Below, in pieces: positions 47,588 to 50,565 of a DNA stretch of 50,565 nt. Origin of the DNA: Octopus bimaculoides. Its lineage: Eukaryota. How positions within the stretch are numbered: position 1 is the stretch's first letter; each line of letters begins with the position of its first letter. The position numbers and the translations under genes were made by a program. The notes beneath the pieces were generated by a model. That model was not told the origin of the DNA. It worked only from the letters and a program-made list of their open reading frames with translations, and searched no databases. Location: contig NC_068983.1 in the NCBI RefSeq assembly GCF_001194135.2, positions 97,023,912-97,074,476 on the forward strand, written 5' to 3'.

Positions 47588-47940
47588 NNNNNNNNNNNNN
47601 NNNNNNNNNNNNNNNNNNNNNNNNNNNNNNNNNNNNNNNNNNNNNNNNNNNNNNNNNNNNNNNNNNNNNNNNNNNNNNNNNNNNNNNNNNNNNNNNNNNN
47701 NNNNNNNNNNNNNNNNNNNNNNNNNNNNNNNNNNNNNNNNNNNNNNNNNNNNNNNNNNNNNNNNNNNNNNNNNNNNNNNNNNNNNNNNNNNNNNNNNNNN
47801 NNNNNNNNNNNNNNNNNNNNNNNNNNNNNNNNNNNNNNNNNNNNNNNNNNNNNNNNNNNNNNNNNNNNNNNNNNNNNNNNNNNNNNNNNNNNNNNNNNNN
47901 NNNNNNNNNNNNNNNNNNNNNNNNNNNNNNNNNNNNNNNN

Positions 47941-47981
<41 letters not shown>

Positions 47982-48125
47982 TTTTGTTTCATTCGAGTGC
48001 GGCCAACTTAAAGTATATATACATGTATGTATGTATGTATGTATGTATGTATGCATGTATGTATGTATGTGTAAGTGTATGTATGTGAGTATGTGTGCAT
48101 ATACATAAATATATACTTATATATA

Positions 48126-48167
<42 letters not shown>

Positions 48168-48207
48168 CACACACACATATATATGTTTACTTATAAGTAT
48201 ATATATA

Positions 48208-48244
<37 letters not shown>

Positions 48245-48660
48245 GTATAAGATAAAGACATACGTACATGTATACAAGTATATAAGTTTAAGATACATTC
48301 GTACATATATACAATCATATATGTGTGTACATATGCGCATGTATGTGTATATATATGTGTGTGTGTATGTGCATGTGTCTACGTGTGTATGTATGTACGT
48401 ATGTAAATATGAAACAGATTTCATAAATTTCTAAGACCTTACATACGAACGTTGAAACAAACATATGAATGCGAGATATATAAATACATATCAATTTTGT
48501 TGACAACGATATTGAATTATACTTGCGAGCCCTCACAGACATACATATGCAACAGAAACACACACACACTCACACACACGCACGCACGCACGCACGCACG
48601 CACTCATACACACAGAGGTACACACATAGCCACAAAAACACACACACACTACCCCAAACA

Positions 48661-48691
<31 letters not shown>

Positions 48692-48766
48692 CATACACCC
48701 TCCCACACACACATATATATGTGTGTGTGTAATACCATTACGTCGTTTTATATTTTGCTCATCTCT

Positions 48767-49728
48767 NNNNNNNNNNNNNNNNNNNNNNNNNNNNNNNNNN
48801 NNNNNNNNNNNNNNNNNNNNNNNNNNNNNNNNNNNNNNNNNNNNNNNNNNNNNNNNNNNNNNNNNNNNNNNNNNNNNNNNNNNNNNNNNNNNNNNNNNNN
48901 NNNNNNNNNNNNNNNNNNNNNNNNNNNNNNNNNNNNNNNNNNNNNNNNNNNNNNNNNNNNNNNNNNNNNNNNNNNNNNNNNNNNNNNNNNNNNNNNNNNN
49001 NNNNNNNNNNNNNNNNNNNNNNNNNNNNNNNNNNNNNNNNNNNNNNNNNNNNNNNNNNNNNNNNNNNNNNNNNNNNNNNNNNNNNNNNNNNNNNNNNNNN
49101 NNNNNNNNNNNNNNNNNNNNNNNNNNNNNNNNNNNNNNNNNNNNNNNNNNNNNNNNNNNNNNNNNNNNNNNNNNNNNNNNNNNNNNNNNNNNNNNNNNNN
49201 NNNNNNNNNNNNNNNNNNNNNNNNNNNNNNNNNNNNNNNNNNNNNNNNNNNNNNNNNNNNNNNNNNNNNNNNNNNNNNNNNNNNNNNNNNNNNNNNNNNN
49301 NNNNNNNNNNNNNNNNNNNNNNNNNNNNNNNNNNNNNNNNNNNNNNNNNNNNNNNNNNNNNNNNNNNNNNNNNNNNNNNNNNNNNNNNNNNNNNNNNNNN
49401 NNNNNNNNNNNNNNNNNNNNNNNNNNNNNNNNNNNNNNNNNNNNNNNNNNNNNNNNNNNNNNNNNNNNNNNNNNNNNNNNNNNNNNNNNNNNNNNNNNNN
49501 NNNNNNNNNNNNNNNNNNNNNNNNNNNNNNNNNNNNNNNNNNNNNNNNNNNNNNNNNNNNNNNNNNNNNNNNNNNNNNNNNNNNNNNNNNNNNNNNNNNN
49601 NNNNNNNNNNNNNNNNNNNNNNNNNNNNNNNNNNNNNNNNNNNNNNNNNNNNNNNNNNNNNNNNNNNNNNNNNNNNNNNNNNNNNNNNNNNNNNNNNNNN
49701 NNNNNNNNNNNNNNNNNNNNNNNNNNNN
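48767..49728. other. Largest assembly gap (about 960 N); 16 other N runs in the window
   Basis: N runs visible. Most are flanked by (TA)n, (CA)n or (TG)n. Confidence 0.98.
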
Positions 49729-49765
<37 letters not shown>

Positions 49766-49971
49766 ACACACAGCTACCTGCGTAAGTCTCTATGTATATG
49801 TTTGTATACATATGTATATCCACACAAATAATATACATTATATATACATTCATTCATACATACATATATACATACATAAATACACACACACACACACAAC
49901 CACACACACAGTCACACACACATGTATCTTCATAAACAGAGTGATAGACAGACAGACAGACAGACAGACAT

Positions 49972-50035
<64 letters not shown>

Positions 50036-50214
50036 ATCGATAGATAGCCAGATTGATTTCTCTAGATCCAAATATATGTATGAATACATGCACATACACA
50101 CAAGCTCGTATATATGTATGTGTGTAAATATCTATTCATATATATATTTCCATATACTCATATCACTGTCTATCTATAGTTACACACACACACACACACA
50201 CACATATATATGTA

Positions 50215-50245
<31 letters not shown>

Positions 50246-50565
50246 ATGTATATATTGTCCAGCTCCAACCCCACCGTCTGCCACTTCACTATTTCTTTCG
50301 CCTGGTATCTAGGTCTGCGATTTTTATATATTTCTTATGTCCTGCATTGCCTTACCTCTGCCTCTCTTTAGCATGCATACGTCCATCCATCCATCCATCC
50401 ATCCATCCATCCATCCATCCATACATATGTAGGTACATACTCATATATTTATAAATATATACATGTTATGCATATATATGTGTGCATGTATGTATTGGAT
50501 GTATATATACACACGCGCGCGCGCACTCACACACACACACACGCACATATATATATATATATATA

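Noticed and set aside
1063-50312. Most ORF-track entries (poly-CV, HT, YI, ER, SIYL, poly-L/N, X runs)
   Set aside because: They are translations of microsatellites or N gaps, which lack stop codons by construction.

Overview
AT-rich eukaryotic DNA saturated with microsatellites and short retroposons, with about 5.8 kb (11-12%) of N gaps, nearly all abutting simple repeats. The SINE types and microsatellite load look like an octopus/coleoid cephalopod short-read assembly; this is inference, not a database match. I find no intact protein-coding gene, rRNA, true tRNA or CRISPR array. The window reads as intergenic DNA or a large intron, and most ORF-track entries are artefacts of microsatellites or N runs. 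Recognisable content: 15 or more copies of one tRNA-derived SINE (family A); about 8 copies or fragments of a CORE-type SINE with an internal microsatellite (family B); several other CORE-type SINEs sharing a head but with different bodies; hAT/Charlie-type MITEs; a mariner C-terminal fragment; an RTE (Rex3/Expander-like) LINE 3' end; two CR1-clade RT fragments; and two Helitron relics (a helicase pseudogene with an intact 3' terminus, and a probable mini-Helitron encoding 23-aa STPR-like repeats that the ORF track missed). I cannot support a wholly new biological system. The best leads are the STPR-repeat mini-Helitron (31851-33485), a pre-miRNA-like hairpin in unique sequence (38042-38092), a SINE multimer whose junctions recur at one position in its own head (8788-9347), and closely spaced inverted SINE pairs that would form long dsRNA. 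All alignments were done by eye, so repeat boundaries are approximate (about +/-10-20 bp) unless TSDs or termini are quoted.
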